Sequence record: PX880099.1
From: a phage
Direction: 5' to 3' (one strand)
DNA: 64,000 bases
Shown here: positions 28,845-38,998 of the stretch, piece after piece
Numbering within the stretch: the stretch's first letter is position 1
How the letters are laid out: every line of letters starts with the position of its first letter
The notes under the pieces: model-generated
What the model was told of the DNA's origin: nothing
Databases searched by the model: none
What the model saw: the letters and a program-made list of their open reading frames with translations, nothing else
Program-made: the position numbers and the translations under genes

Positions 28845-29390
28845 ATGATATTTACAAATTTTAAAAAGTATATTCCTGAAGATCCTGAACTAAAAGAATT
28901 GGTAGAAGCAGAGAACATTCTTTTCCTTCGTTGTGATCAAGGTTACGATTGGTATGATTTACGTAGCACAGAATTCAATAACGATAAAATGAAAGTCGTT
29001 TTTGATGATCAAAATCGTATTGTGTTTTGGAATACTGATCCTACACTACTTTGCCCTGAAGATCTTTCTATAGCACAAGTAGACTTTAATATAGATACTT
29101 TTGAGGATATTAGGAACAAGGTTTTGGATTTAGAAACCTTAACTCTTAAGGATAAAGAGTATTCCCGTGAAGAGTTGATGACACAAGCTAGTGCAAAGAT
29201 TCGCTCTTTACAAGAAACAGCGGTAGCACTTATAACACCTTTACAATATGCTAAAGATTTAGAAATGGCTACTGAAGATGAATTAGCTTATCTTAAAAAT
29301 CTTCAAGTTTATGTGGTTAAACTAAACCGTGTTCCGCTTCAAAAAAACTATCCTTACGCTATAGATTGGCCTACATTACCGACGGAATAA
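28845..29390 (+). CDS. Putative tail fibre assembly protein
   Basis: 181 aa immediately downstream of fibre gene (P2 H-G arrangement). Confidence 0.45.
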   Translation: MIFTNFKKYIPEDPELKELVEAENILFLRCDQGYDWYDLRSTEFNNDKMKVVFDDQNRIVFWNTDPTLLCPEDLSIAQVDFNIDTFEDIRNKVLDLETLTLKDKEYSREELMTQASAKIRSLQETAVALITPLQYAKDLEMATEDELAYLKNLQVYVVKLNRVPLQKNYPYAIDWPTLPTE

Positions 29391-29399
29391 GGGATCACT

Positions 29400-29735
29400 A
29401 TGGAATTTCAAGAAGCATGGGGACTTGCAAAGGATGCAATCATCCCTTTAATCGGAGTCATCTGGTTCTTTTTCAAACAAAAAATGGATAAATTCGGCTC
29501 TGATCTTGAGGAAATGGAGGAGAAAAGTCGAGAGCTAGAGAAGAAGTTGGTCTTTGTTGAATCAACTTATGCAACTAAAGCCGAACTTACCCAGATGCTA
29601 AATCAAATTAACTCTACATTAATGGCAAATAATAACACTCTTGAGCAAAAGATTGAAAAGATTATGGACCTCAAGAATGCTACTATTCAAATGATGCTAG
29701 ATGACATAGTTAAACGTACACAGAATAAGGGGTAA
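29400..29735 (+). CDS. Small membrane-anchored coiled-coil protein
   Basis: 111 aa; N-terminal hydrophobic segment IIPLIGVIWFFF then charged helical region. Confidence 0.45.
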   Translation: MEFQEAWGLAKDAIIPLIGVIWFFFKQKMDKFGSDLEEMEEKSRELEKKLVFVESTYATKAELTQMLNQINSTLMANNNTLEQKIEKIMDLKNATIQMMLDDIVKRTQNKG

Positions 29736-29738
29736 TTA

Positions 29739-32700
29739 ATGGCAACATTCCCAACATATCCAGCAACGTCTCTTGAACAGGGCGTAGATCTGGTTATTTT
29801 CTCGTCTAACCAACTCCATGATGTTATTAATGGAAGTGCTACAGAGAGTATTGAAACAGAATCAGGGTTGATACCAACCCTGAGAAAAGCCCTTGTTGAC
29901 AACTTTTTCTTTAAAAGCCCATTGGATTGGGCGCAAGGCACAAACGAAACAGTTTTTAACCAACTTCGTTATTTCCAGAATGGAGTGTTGAGTGGTTATT
30001 ACTATGCGCCTAATGCTACACTGGTAAACCCAATTCCTATGCAAGGGACTCCAGTAGGAGATAACAACTGGGTATTGTGGGGACTGAAGACAGAACAACT
30101 AGCAACAGAAGTCACCCCTTGGGTGTATTCTGGTGCAACTGGTTATGAAACAGTAATCAGTCCTCCCTACATCTTTGATAGTGCTATTGTTACAATCAAT
30201 GGTGTTATTCAGGTTCTGGGAGAAGCTTTCCGCATAGAAGATAGTAAAATCATTTTATCTGAACCTTTGGGGCATGATCCTGCAACAGGACTGCCAAACA
30301 AGCTTTTTGCCTATATTGGTAAAATCGTAGCTTCCGCAGATACAGATCCTAACTTAGAAAACCGTCTTGTCAGTTTAGAAACAAAAACTGAAGAACTGAC
30401 AGAAAGCATGGATAAAGTACCTTTACAAACTATTGCTCGTAAATACGGTTTGTTGGATGATGAAGTAGCTTACGCAACAGCGGGTCAATCATTAACAGGG
30501 ATTAAAGCTCTGTATGATCCGGTAGCACAATCTTCCTACACATTGCCTCCTAACATCACAGGGACTTTAACATCTTTGTCTGTTTCTGGAGTAATGACTT
30601 ATTCTGGCGGATCTGTAGATCTTTCTGCATTAGCTGTTGAACGTGGACAGTTTGTTCATTTGCCTACAAGCTTTGGTAATAACGTAACTCTGACAGCTAA
30701 AAATCAGACGATTGGGCGTGGCGCTGGTCGCTATCGTTGGGCGGGGAGTTTACCAAAAAGTATTTTAGCTTCTGATACATTGGAGACAAGCGGTGGATTA
30801 GGTCCAAACGCATGGGTTCTAACTAATACAGAAGGACTGTTAACCCCTCGTGGTGGAACATACAACGATTTATTCGATGTTGTCTACTTGTCAGAATTTG
30901 CTAACAATACAACTACCTATGCCACACCAGAAGCAGCTTTCCAGGCGGCACTGTTAGCGGCAAAAGCTTCGAAAAGTAAGATTCTCGATGCTTACGGTTG
31001 CGATATGACTTTCACGACAAGCTCTTTTGATATTCAAGGTATCACTTTGCGTGGGGGTGTGTTCCGTGGTCAACGCGACTATCGTGTGCAAAATGCTACA
31101 GTAGAAGGCACAACTTTCCGTAACTCTCGTGTTATGTATTGGGGTGGTGCTGTGCGCATGTTCGATTGTTTGTGGGACGGTGCTCCTCGCGCAGGTCAAG
31201 TTGGTAGCTTGGTATTCCAAGGCAACCCAATATCAGGTACTTTTGAAATTGATAATTGTACTTTTAAAAATGGGTTATATGGCATCCTTCAACAAGGAAC
31301 AGGGGAACCAGTAACACGCGGTGTCTTCCGTAACCTTACCTTCATGGACATGCAAGGTGATGCAATAGAACTGAACGTCATCAATAAACATTACGATGAT
31401 GGTTGTGTAATTGAGAATATTTACCTGTCTAATATCGATGGGACTAACGCTCCTATTCCTCTGTCCAACTGGGGTATCGGTATCGGTGTAGCTGGTAAAG
31501 GACCATATGGTTACGGAATCCCTGATGATCAATATTGCAAGAATATTACAATTCGTAACGTTTTTGCAAAACGTTGTCGTCAGATTGTCCACGTAGAAGT
31601 TGGTCGTAATATCTCTATCGAAAACATTCATGGCGATCCAGATCAAACCGTATCTGTTGGGACAGGTTTGGCAACTGGCGCAGTTGTAATGTATGGAAGT
31701 AAAGATTTTACGATTGACGGTGTTTACGGAGAGCCTAAAACAGACGGTAGCACACTTGCAAGTAATATCCGTATGATTTATTTGGAGTGGGGAACTAACG
31801 CAGTTCTGGACGAAGAGGGTAATCCGGTAGTTCCGGCACAGGGCAGACCTTCAAACCCATGCTTTAACTATTCTGTTCGTAACATTCACACCAAAACTGG
31901 GCGTGTTTTTGCAGGAGTTTCCGCTGGGCCAGGCTATGAAAACAGAGTCAGCTTTGAGAATATCCGTTGTGCTGCGTTGCAGTTGTTCGGTGTAGCTTCT
32001 TGGCTTTCAATGTCTAACATCACCTGTAATATCTTTGATTGTGTTGGTCAACCTGAATCTGGTCCAGGGACATTTTATGATGGATTCTTCCGTAGAGAAA
32101 AATCTGTTCTTGAGATGGTTAACGTAAACTGTTACCCAGATGGCAAGACTATGGTTACTGGTCGCCCACAGTGGAGCCGTTGCCGTTACTCTGATATTCA
32201 TCGTGTCAACTGTAATGTTGAAGCTAATATGTATACCAATATCGCAGGTGGTATTGGAGCTATTGTAGGGACAACTGGCAAAGTTTATTACTTAGAGCCT
32301 AACCCTAGCCGAAACATTGATGGGATGCATTTCCCAACAGGGAAGGAGTTTGACAAAGGGGATATGATAGTCAAAGCGGATAATACGTTCTTCCTTGTAA
32401 CAACAAGTGGGGCATACATTCCAGATATCCCAGCTTTCGGTATTCGAGCTACACAAGCAGGAGATACCTTCCTGACACAGAACTTGACTCCTAATGGGAC
32501 AGCAACAAACGCTTCTTGGTTGTATCACTATCCTCTGTCAGCAGGAACACGTATCCGTATTCCTGGTGCTGGTGTAGGTGGAGCAGATTTGGACACAGTT
32601 ATTACTCGTGCACCTTATCAAGATAATGATACGTGGACTAACCCAGTTAAAATAGACATTGCAGATCCAATTGTAACGCCTACGAGTGCTGGAGTTAGAA

Positions 32701-32792
32701 TCAAAACCATACCTAACGATTCTAGTAATGTTTCTGTAGGTAATACTGCGGTTATTCGCCCAACGCCAGTGGTAGATGTGCCAACAACCTAA
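29739..32792 (+). CDS. Large tail fibre/spike with parallel beta-helix region (putative depolymerase)
   Basis: 1017 aa; central region with beta-helix-like repeats (NCTFKNGLYGILQQG, CVIENIYLSNIDG, NITIRNVFAKRC, NISIENIHGD). Confidence 0.55.
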   Translation: MATFPTYPATSLEQGVDLVIFSSNQLHDVINGSATESIETESGLIPTLRKALVDNFFFKSPLDWAQGTNETVFNQLRYFQNGVLSGYYYAPNATLVNPIPMQGTPVGDNNWVLWGLKTEQLATEVTPWVYSGATGYETVISPPYIFDSAIVTINGVIQVLGEAFRIEDSKIILSEPLGHDPATGLPNKLFAYIGKIVASADTDPNLENRLVSLETKTEELTESMDKVPLQTIARKYGLLDDEVAYATAGQSLTGIKALYDPVAQSSYTLPPNITGTLTSLSVSGVMTYSGGSVDLSALAVERGQFVHLPTSFGNNVTLTAKNQTIGRGAGRYRWAGSLPKSILASDTLETSGGLGPNAWVLTNTEGLLTPRGGTYNDLFDVVYLSEFANNTTTYATPEAAFQAALLAAKASKSKILDAYGCDMTFTTSSFDIQGITLRGGVFRGQRDYRVQNATVEGTTFRNSRVMYWGGAVRMFDCLWDGAPRAGQVGSLVFQGNPISGTFEIDNCTFKNGLYGILQQGTGEPVTRGVFRNLTFMDMQGDAIELNVINKHYDDGCVIENIYLSNIDGTNAPIPLSNWGIGIGVAGKGPYGYGIPDDQYCKNITIRNVFAKRCRQIVHVEVGRNISIENIHGDPDQTVSVGTGLATGAVVMYGSKDFTIDGVYGEPKTDGSTLASNIRMIYLEWGTNAVLDEEGNPVVPAQGRPSNPCFNYSVRNIHTKTGRVFAGVSAGPGYENRVSFENIRCAALQLFGVASWLSMSNITCNIFDCVGQPESGPGTFYDGFFRREKSVLEMVNVNCYPDGKTMVTGRPQWSRCRYSDIHRVNCNVEANMYTNIAGGIGAIVGTTGKVYYLEPNPSRNIDGMHFPTGKEFDKGDMIVKADNTFFLVTTSGAYIPDIPAFGIRATQAGDTFLTQNLTPNGTATNASWLYHYPLSAGTRIRIPGAGVGGADLDTVITRAPYQDNDTWTNPVKIDIADPIVTPTSAGVRIKTIPNDSSNVSVGNTAVIRPTPVVDVPTT

Positions 32793-32802
32793 TGGAAATA
32801 GA

Positions 32803-32826
32803 GAGGGGGGAATCCCCCTCTTCTTC
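32803..32826 (+). terminator. Terminator after 1017-aa fibre gene
   Basis: GAGGGGG / GAAT loop / CCCCCTC followed by TTCTTCC. Confidence 0.55.
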
Positions 32827-32857
32827 CAATAGAATGGTCTAATAATAGGAGAGATAA

Positions 32858-34882
32858 ATGAATTTAACAAGACCTAATAGTGCGATAGCCGATCTAGTAG
32901 AAGCTACTTATCGAAAACGTCGCAGTTTTGAGGCAGGTTTTACATTACGTAATTCCCGTGAAGTTTTGCTGTTAGCGGCAGAAGGGAATTATTACCAATG
33001 GAAAGGAACTTTTCCTAAAGTAGTTCCAGCAAACTCTACGCCAGCCACCACAGGTGGTATTTCTTCCCTTGCATGGCAAAGTGTTGGGACCGCTGATGAT
33101 ATAGCAATTATCAATGCCAAGTTTACGGCAATGCAGCAACAGATTGATGATCTGTCGGAAACAATACCTGAAGCTGGTAAATCGGCTTATCAGATCGCAC
33201 TTGATAATGGTTTTGTTGGAACAGAAGCACAATGGCTTGCTTCTTTGAAAGGGGATACTGGTGCTCAACTTAATATTAAAGGATCATTAGCAAGCACTAG
33301 TGAACTACCATCTACAGGTAACGTTGCAGGGGATGGTTATATCGTAGGTGATGTGATTTACGCTTGGGATGGTTCTGTTTGGAAACTTATTTCTTCTCTT
33401 GGGCCAGAAGGTAAATCAGCTTATGAGGTATGGTTGGCAGATGGTAATACAGGATCTGTTTATGATTTTCTTACCTCTATAAAAGGTGATAAAGGCGATG
33501 TTGGTCCTACAGGGCCACAGGGAGCACCTGGTGTTAACGCCAACGGTTTTGATTATCGTGGGGATTTGCCTTCTACAAGTAACTTACCACAACCTAACTC
33601 TGAAAACGTAAGCCAAGCTTATTCTATCAATGGTAATCTTTATGTCTCCAATGGGACAGCTTGGGTCAACATGGGTAATATTGTTGGTCCTCAAGGTCCA
33701 CAAGGTGAGGCAGGTAAAGACGGTCTAGATGGAACAGATGGAGATGAAGGGAAATCTGCATATCAAAGTTGGCTGGATGCTGGTAATGAAGGGACAGAAG
33801 TAGATTTTATTGCCTCGCTTAAAGGTCCAAAAGGAGACAAGGGAGAGCAAGGAGAACGAGGACCACAAGGCGAATTAGGTCCACAAGGACCAGTGGGTGC
33901 AACAGGATCAGGTTTAGAGATTATCGGGGTTCTGAACAGCGAAGCTGAACTTCCTCCGACTGGAGAAGTAGGTGATGCATATAAAATTAATAATGATTTG
34001 TATGTTTGGGTTCAAGATGCTACGGAATGGATGAATGTTGGCAGTCTTGGAGGAACATCAATTACAGCTAAAGGTCATGTTCCAAACAGTGAAGCTCTCC
34101 CTGTTTACAATAACTATGGCGATGCCTACTTAACTGAAGACACTAGTAATCTTTACATCTATACCTACGATCAAGACACCAATTCCGCATCTTTTGTTGA
34201 CATGGGAAGTATTAAAGGCGACAAAGGTGAAAAAGGGGATAAAGGAGATAAGGGTGATCCTGGAACAAACGGAACCAACGGTACTGATGGGACCAACGGT
34301 AAGGACGGCGCACAGTGGTTTGTAGCAACAACTAATCCAGTCGCAGGAGACGGTGTTATCAATGATTACGCCTTCAATACTACCACTGGAGCAGTGTTTA
34401 AGAAAACAGATTCTTCTACGTGGACACTTATAGGAACTCTTCCTAGTATACCAGAAGCTCCTCAAGACGGCTTGACGTATGGTCGTTCTGATGGAAACTG
34501 GATCGAAATATCAGGATCAGATCCTACGGAAGCTATAACGCCAACTAGAGTTACAGCAGGTTTCATGGAACTTGAAACAACTACTGCCAACTCTGGAGCA
34601 TCTTGGACTCCTTCTGGAACTTCCAATATGTATGTTGTTACAGTAACTGACGCTCTGACAGTTGGAGCATGGCCTGGTGTCACTGGCTCTACAAAACCTA
34701 AAGCGTTTTCAGCAATGATTTATTTGATTCAAGATACAACGGGACACACGGTTACACTAGATGCGTCTTATGGAGCACTAAATGATACAGAAATAGCAAC
34801 TACTGCTAACGCAGTAACAATTTTGCAATTAACGTATCCTGGTGTGGGTGATATCGTGGACATGGTTGTTGTAACACGATAA
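32858..34882 (+). CDS. Tail fibre with collagen-like Gly-X-Y repeats
   Basis: 674 aa; several interrupted G-X-Y runs (GPQGPQGEAGKDGLDGTDGDEGK; KGDKGEKGDKGDKGDPGTNGTNGTDGTNGKDG). Confidence 0.6.
   Translation: MNLTRPNSAIADLVEATYRKRRSFEAGFTLRNSREVLLLAAEGNYYQWKGTFPKVVPANSTPATTGGISSLAWQSVGTADDIAIINAKFTAMQQQIDDLSETIPEAGKSAYQIALDNGFVGTEAQWLASLKGDTGAQLNIKGSLASTSELPSTGNVAGDGYIVGDVIYAWDGSVWKLISSLGPEGKSAYEVWLADGNTGSVYDFLTSIKGDKGDVGPTGPQGAPGVNANGFDYRGDLPSTSNLPQPNSENVSQAYSINGNLYVSNGTAWVNMGNIVGPQGPQGEAGKDGLDGTDGDEGKSAYQSWLDAGNEGTEVDFIASLKGPKGDKGEQGERGPQGELGPQGPVGATGSGLEIIGVLNSEAELPPTGEVGDAYKINNDLYVWVQDATEWMNVGSLGGTSITAKGHVPNSEALPVYNNYGDAYLTEDTSNLYIYTYDQDTNSASFVDMGSIKGDKGEKGDKGDKGDPGTNGTNGTDGTNGKDGAQWFVATTNPVAGDGVINDYAFNTTTGAVFKKTDSSTWTLIGTLPSIPEAPQDGLTYGRSDGNWIEISGSDPTEAITPTRVTAGFMELETTTANSGASWTPSGTSNMYVVTVTDALTVGAWPGVTGSTKPKAFSAMIYLIQDTTGHTVTLDASYGALNDTEIATTANAVTILQLTYPGVGDIVDMVVVTR
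33481..34320 (+). repeat. Collagen-like triplet-repeat segments within fibre gene
   Basis: Repeated GGN-NNN-NNN codon periodicity encoding G-X-Y runs at ~33481-33540, 33686-33750, 33821-33910 and 34201-34320. Confidence 0.6.
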
Positions 34883-34885
34883 CAG

Positions 34886-34910
34886 AAGCCCCGAAAGGGG
34901 CTTTCTTTTT
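34886..34910 (+). terminator. Rho-independent terminator
   Basis: AAGCCCC / GAAA loop / GGGGCTT followed by TCTTTTT. Confidence 0.7.
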
Positions 34911-34923
34911 ATGGAGGGTTTAA

Positions 34924-37599
34924 ATGTTTCCAATTCCAATATTTACTATTATGACCAGCACTGGTGTCGTTCCTCTGCCAGCAGGTATTGTTAAAAAAGT
35001 AATCACTTTAGATTACCCAGACAATGCTGGTAATTCTAACAGCAGTTTAGCAATTTTGCTTAATGATGGTAGATTGTTTACTCAAGGCGCAAACCTTTTT
35101 GGTGAGATTGCAGATGGAACTCGTAGTGCACGATTCAATAACTTCCACTTAGCTTCTACTGTAGTAGCGGATGTGTTTACCGCAGATCGTTGTTTTGTTA
35201 TTAAAACTAACAGTGGGGGATGGCAATATTCAGGATTGACAGCAGGATTGGTAGGATCTATAGCAGCAGGTGGTACGGACGCATGTGTAACTACTTGGAC
35301 CAGCTTTCCATCTGTAATAACAGGGACTATCTCTTTAGCCAATCTTAAAGAGGTTAAGGGAGGATATAACAACACTCTCTGGTTAATGAATAGTGGTGTT
35401 CTTTATGGATCAGGTCAAAACACAGTAGGTAGTTTAGGTGCAAGTACTACTAACGAAGTTTCTACTCCTCGTCAGATAACAAGTGCAGCAGTTGCTTTTG
35501 ATGCAGGTTACAACCAATGCTCTTATGTCAACAATGTGGGAACCTTGCGTGTTTGTGGAGCTAGTAAAGGTTTAGCAGGTAATAATAACACAACAACAGC
35601 TTTTGTCAATGCCAAGATATCCGCTACTGAAACAGTGTATGTCAAAGATTACATCAATACAGTTTCCCAGACAATAGTTGTAGGAGATACCTCCGGTGGC
35701 ACGGGTACAGTAAACTACTTATATGTTAGATCTAATACAGAAACAACCTACACTAAACTGGATACCTTTGCAGCAGGTTTCTCAACATGGAAGTTTCCAC
35801 CAAGCCGCCACTCTTTTTTCGTTGGGATCAATAATTCCTTGTGGGCTATTGGTAAGAACTACACTGCAAACTTAGGTTTGGGGTATGATTCTGCGAGCGG
35901 AGATCCACTCCAAGTGGGAAAACCAGTTAAACCTGAAGGAGTGGGTTCTTGGGATATAAACAAGCTCACAAGCGTTCATACGCTGAATATGGATGTTACT
36001 AACCAATTAGGTTATCAAGGAACCTTTTTCGTTTATAATGGAGATATGTATTATTCCGGTATTTGGAAAGATGGGAAAGCCTCGTATCTGTTCAATAGTG
36101 GTCTAAACTATAATAAATTCACACCAATAGCAAGCTCCGTGATTACGGGTGATATTCTGGCAACTGGCTTAACTACAGATTCTTTAGGAATTTGTATTGT
36201 AGGCGGAACTAAACAGTTGACACATTCTGTTAGCCCAGAAGGAGGTAAACTTTTCAATATTAAATACACTTCTTCTGCCCCTGCAAACATGACAATATCA
36301 TCTACTGGTTTAATGACTTTCCATGCAGAAGGTGGTTTTGATGCAGGTATGACAGCCTTAAACGCTGAAGGAACAACTTTATCAGATACCTCTGGAGGAT
36401 ATGCTTCAACATTGAGCGTTTACACTCCTAGCTTATCTGCAATGGATGTAGGAACAACACAAACAATGGTAGCAGAAATAACGCCAACAGGGGCAGCAAG
36501 CTTACCTGGTATGGTTGTTGAGTATTTCTCTAATGACCCTACGGTAGCAACAGTTGACCCCGTTACAGGCGTTATTACAGCAGTTGCTGATGGGGATTGT
36601 CGTATCGGTTGTAGAGCAACTTATCAAGGTGTGGTAACTGCCGAAGATAGTTCTTATCTCGCAGTGAATGCTGTGGTGATTGTGATGGACTATGATTTGA
36701 CGCAAGAAACTATTCCGGCGGATGTAAAGGTCAACAGGAGTAACCGTTATGCCAGGGCTTCTGGAGATATCCTTGTACCTACGGAGAGTTCTGCTCCCGT
36801 AGCACCTTTAGAATATGTTGGTACAACTCCACAAGGTAGACGTGTTGTAGCAGCCAACCGTACACATATCTTTATCAACAACAACTTGACAACAGCTTCC
36901 CCGTGGTTGAAGACGAACTTGACAGTCACGGCATCAACAATCAACTCTCCGGTTGGAACTACGGCTAACACTTACAAGTTAACACCTTCTACAACTTCAG
37001 GACAACATATTTTATCAGCAGTGAATACAGCTTCTGATATTACAGCAGGTAAGCACTGGGCGGCATCCGTATTCTTGAAGCCAGACGGGATCACTAAAGT
37101 GAAACTCAAATTGACTTCAGGAGATGAGATTAACGAAGGGACTTATGATCTTGTAGCTGGAACATTTACAGGTGCAGATGCAAACATAATCGATATGGGG
37201 AATGGTTGGTATCGTGTAATTCTACACAAAGTGACAGTTGCCAAACAAGCATCTATAACCTATGAGATTATAGCTTTGAATGCAAGTGGATCAGACACTT
37301 TCGCAGGAGATGGTACGGCAGGTCTTATTGCTTGGGTTCCACAGCTTGAGATGGGTGATATGACAAATCCAGTTTGGGCGGGGACACCATTTGTTTGTTC
37401 TTATGCACGAGACACTACCAGTGCTGTTACCTTCACTATTCCTAAGAATGGACATACTGGCGTGGACATTTACCACACTGATGGTACTGTGCAACGAGAG
37501 GTCTTCACTGGTACAGCTACAACTTGGATGTTGACGTTCACCGCCGCAAGTGCGGATTGGGGATCGAAGTTCATTACAGGTTTGAAATATTACGACTAA
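34924..37599 (+). CDS. Large tail fibre protein
   Basis: 891 aa; G/T/S/N-rich repetitive sequence; last gene of plus-strand structural block. Confidence 0.5.
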   Translation: MFPIPIFTIMTSTGVVPLPAGIVKKVITLDYPDNAGNSNSSLAILLNDGRLFTQGANLFGEIADGTRSARFNNFHLASTVVADVFTADRCFVIKTNSGGWQYSGLTAGLVGSIAAGGTDACVTTWTSFPSVITGTISLANLKEVKGGYNNTLWLMNSGVLYGSGQNTVGSLGASTTNEVSTPRQITSAAVAFDAGYNQCSYVNNVGTLRVCGASKGLAGNNNTTTAFVNAKISATETVYVKDYINTVSQTIVVGDTSGGTGTVNYLYVRSNTETTYTKLDTFAAGFSTWKFPPSRHSFFVGINNSLWAIGKNYTANLGLGYDSASGDPLQVGKPVKPEGVGSWDINKLTSVHTLNMDVTNQLGYQGTFFVYNGDMYYSGIWKDGKASYLFNSGLNYNKFTPIASSVITGDILATGLTTDSLGICIVGGTKQLTHSVSPEGGKLFNIKYTSSAPANMTISSTGLMTFHAEGGFDAGMTALNAEGTTLSDTSGGYASTLSVYTPSLSAMDVGTTQTMVAEITPTGAASLPGMVVEYFSNDPTVATVDPVTGVITAVADGDCRIGCRATYQGVVTAEDSSYLAVNAVVIVMDYDLTQETIPADVKVNRSNRYARASGDILVPTESSAPVAPLEYVGTTPQGRRVVAANRTHIFINNNLTTASPWLKTNLTVTASTINSPVGTTANTYKLTPSTTSGQHILSAVNTASDITAGKHWAASVFLKPDGITKVKLKLTSGDEINEGTYDLVAGTFTGADANIIDMGNGWYRVILHKVTVAKQASITYEIIALNASGSDTFAGDGTAGLIAWVPQLEMGDMTNPVWAGTPFVCSYARDTTSAVTFTIPKNGHTGVDIYHTDGTVQREVFTGTATTWMLTFTAASADWGSKFITGLKYYD

Positions 37600-37606
37600 T
37601 AAAAAA

Positions 37607-37635
37607 GGGAACCCGCAAAGGTTCCCTTTTCTTTT
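37607..37635. terminator. Bidirectional rho-independent terminator at convergent module boundary
   Basis: GGGAACC / CGCAAA loop / GGTTCCC flanked by A-run upstream and T-run downstream; lies between converging genes ending at 37599 (+) and 37663 (-). Confidence 0.7.
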
Positions 37636-37662
37636 ATAAAAACTCTTTATAAATCAATAAGA

Positions 37663-38544
37663 TCAGAATGGAATATCATCATCGAAGTCCATTGGAGGTT
37701 CTTCTTGATTACTTGGTTCTGGTTGTGGTTCAGGTTTCTTCTCTTCTTTCTTCTCTTCTTTCTTAGGTTGTTCTGCGGAACCACGAATGGCAGCAGCAAC
37801 TTTATCAGACAGAGCCAGAACTTTACGAGCAGAGTCGATCAGATCTTCTACAGATACAGTCTTAATGGTATGGTCTTTACAAGCATTGAGGATAGCGTGA
37901 CCAACAGATGCCCCAAGATCATAATCATTAATATCAACACCACGAGATTCAGCAATTTCCGATTTCAGCGTGACAGTTGCAGATTGAACAACCCCAGCGA
38001 TATCGAAAGCATCGCCTTTAACACCATTACGAATCAGTTCCAGTGCACCATTTACTGCGTGACCAGTTTCCAGACCTACAGTATCACGTTTTTTATAGGA
38101 TTGCTTAGGAGCAGCATCGTTGGAACCCTTATTGCCAGAAGATTTGTTAGACTTCTGAACACCATCGGTAGACAATACTGTAATACGAGATTTTTTAGTA
38201 TTGTAGTAAGTTTTACCGCCTTTATTATCAACGCGATCAATATCAATACTTACTTCTACACCTTTTTCAATAGTGATCCAGTTATCACCTTCTTTGACTT
38301 GCAGGTTTTCATAACCTTCTTTCAGTTCAATGTCACCAAGAGAAATCCAAACACCTTTCTCATCTGGTTTAGCACCTTTCTCTTTCAGAACAAGAGAAGC
38401 TCGGTGAGTTGAAACAATCGTTTTTCCTTCCCAATGAAAAGTTTTAGGTTCAGCGAATTTATCCAGTTTAACGTAGTCTACGATACCAGTTGCATAAGTT
38501 ACGGTTTTGCCTTTACGATCAGTTTCAGTATTAATTACGGACAT
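37663..38544 (-). CDS. Putative single-stranded DNA-binding protein with E. coli SSB-like C-terminal tail
   Basis: 293 aa; ends PMDFDDDIPF, identical in pattern to the E. coli SSB C-terminal tip, preceded by low-complexity KKEEKKEEKKPEPQPEP linker; GAGGAG RBS. Confidence 0.55.
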   Translation of the reverse strand: MSVINTETDRKGKTVTYATGIVDYVKLDKFAEPKTFHWEGKTIVSTHRASLVLKEKGAKPDEKGVWISLGDIELKEGYENLQVKEGDNWITIEKGVEVSIDIDRVDNKGGKTYYNTKKSRITVLSTDGVQKSNKSSGNKGSNDAAPKQSYKKRDTVGLETGHAVNGALELIRNGVKGDAFDIAGVVQSATVTLKSEIAESRGVDINDYDLGASVGHAILNACKDHTIKTVSVEDLIDSARKVLALSDKVAAAIRGSAEQPKKEEKKEEKKPEPQPEPSNQEEPPMDFDDDIPF

Positions 38545-38560
38545 TATTATCTCCTCTACA

Positions 38561-38953
38561 TTACATTAATTTTGCACAGAAAGAGCGGAGTCTTTCCATA
38601 TCATCTTGCTCTAACAGGTATTTACCTTTACCTATTCCAACTCCAATTTCACCATTAGGAAAATGAACTATTTGCACTGGGAAACCTCCGAGTTTAATTG
38701 TGGCAGCTTTGCCTTCTTCGTCTATAACGTTTCGGATTGTATCTTGCAGTGAAATGAATTCTTTGTTTGTAACAGTGGTTTCAATTATTTCAGATGTTTC
38801 AACACGAGCAGTTAGCTTCTTGTTTCCACCTTGAATAACCAAAATTTGAAAATAAAAAGAGTTGTCAAGACCTACAACATTTTTCTCAACTAGTGTCAAA
38901 CTGGTATAGTTTCCATAAACAGTTTCAACAGCTATCTTAGAACGTTCAGTCAT
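38561..38953 (-). CDS. Hypothetical protein
   Basis: 130-aa ORF in co-directional gene array. Confidence 0.5.
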   Translation of the reverse strand: MTERSKIAVETVYGNYTSLTLVEKNVVGLDNSFYFQILVIQGGNKKLTARVETSEIIETTVTNKEFISLQDTIRNVIDEEGKAATIKLGGFPVQIVHFPNGEIGVGIGKGKYLLEQDDMERLRSFCAKLM

Positions 38954-38998
38954 TGAATGCTATCCTATCATAAAATGTTTAATATTGTCAAGCTTTAA

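Noticed and set aside
33481-34320. Repetitive DNA that might be mistaken for a CRISPR array or tandem repeat element
   Set aside because: The periodicity is 3-nt/9-nt codon-level (Gly-X-Y) within an intact ORF, not repeat-spacer units; no CRISPR-like direct repeats found anywhere in the window.
34171-34362. Minus-strand ORF encoding PLSPLSPFSPLSPL repeats
   Set aside because: Reverse-complement reading of the collagen-like GGN triplet repeats in the tail fibre gene; not an independent gene.
37705-38412. 235-aa plus-strand ORF rich in F/L/R antisense to the SSB-like gene
   Set aside because: Low-complexity shadow ORF inside a well-supported minus-strand gene; no RBS; composition typical of antisense reading.
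38954-38998. TTGACA-containing candidate promoter upstream of gene 38561-38953
   Set aside because: No acceptable -10 box at 16-18 nt spacing that also leaves room for the RBS; too weak to list.
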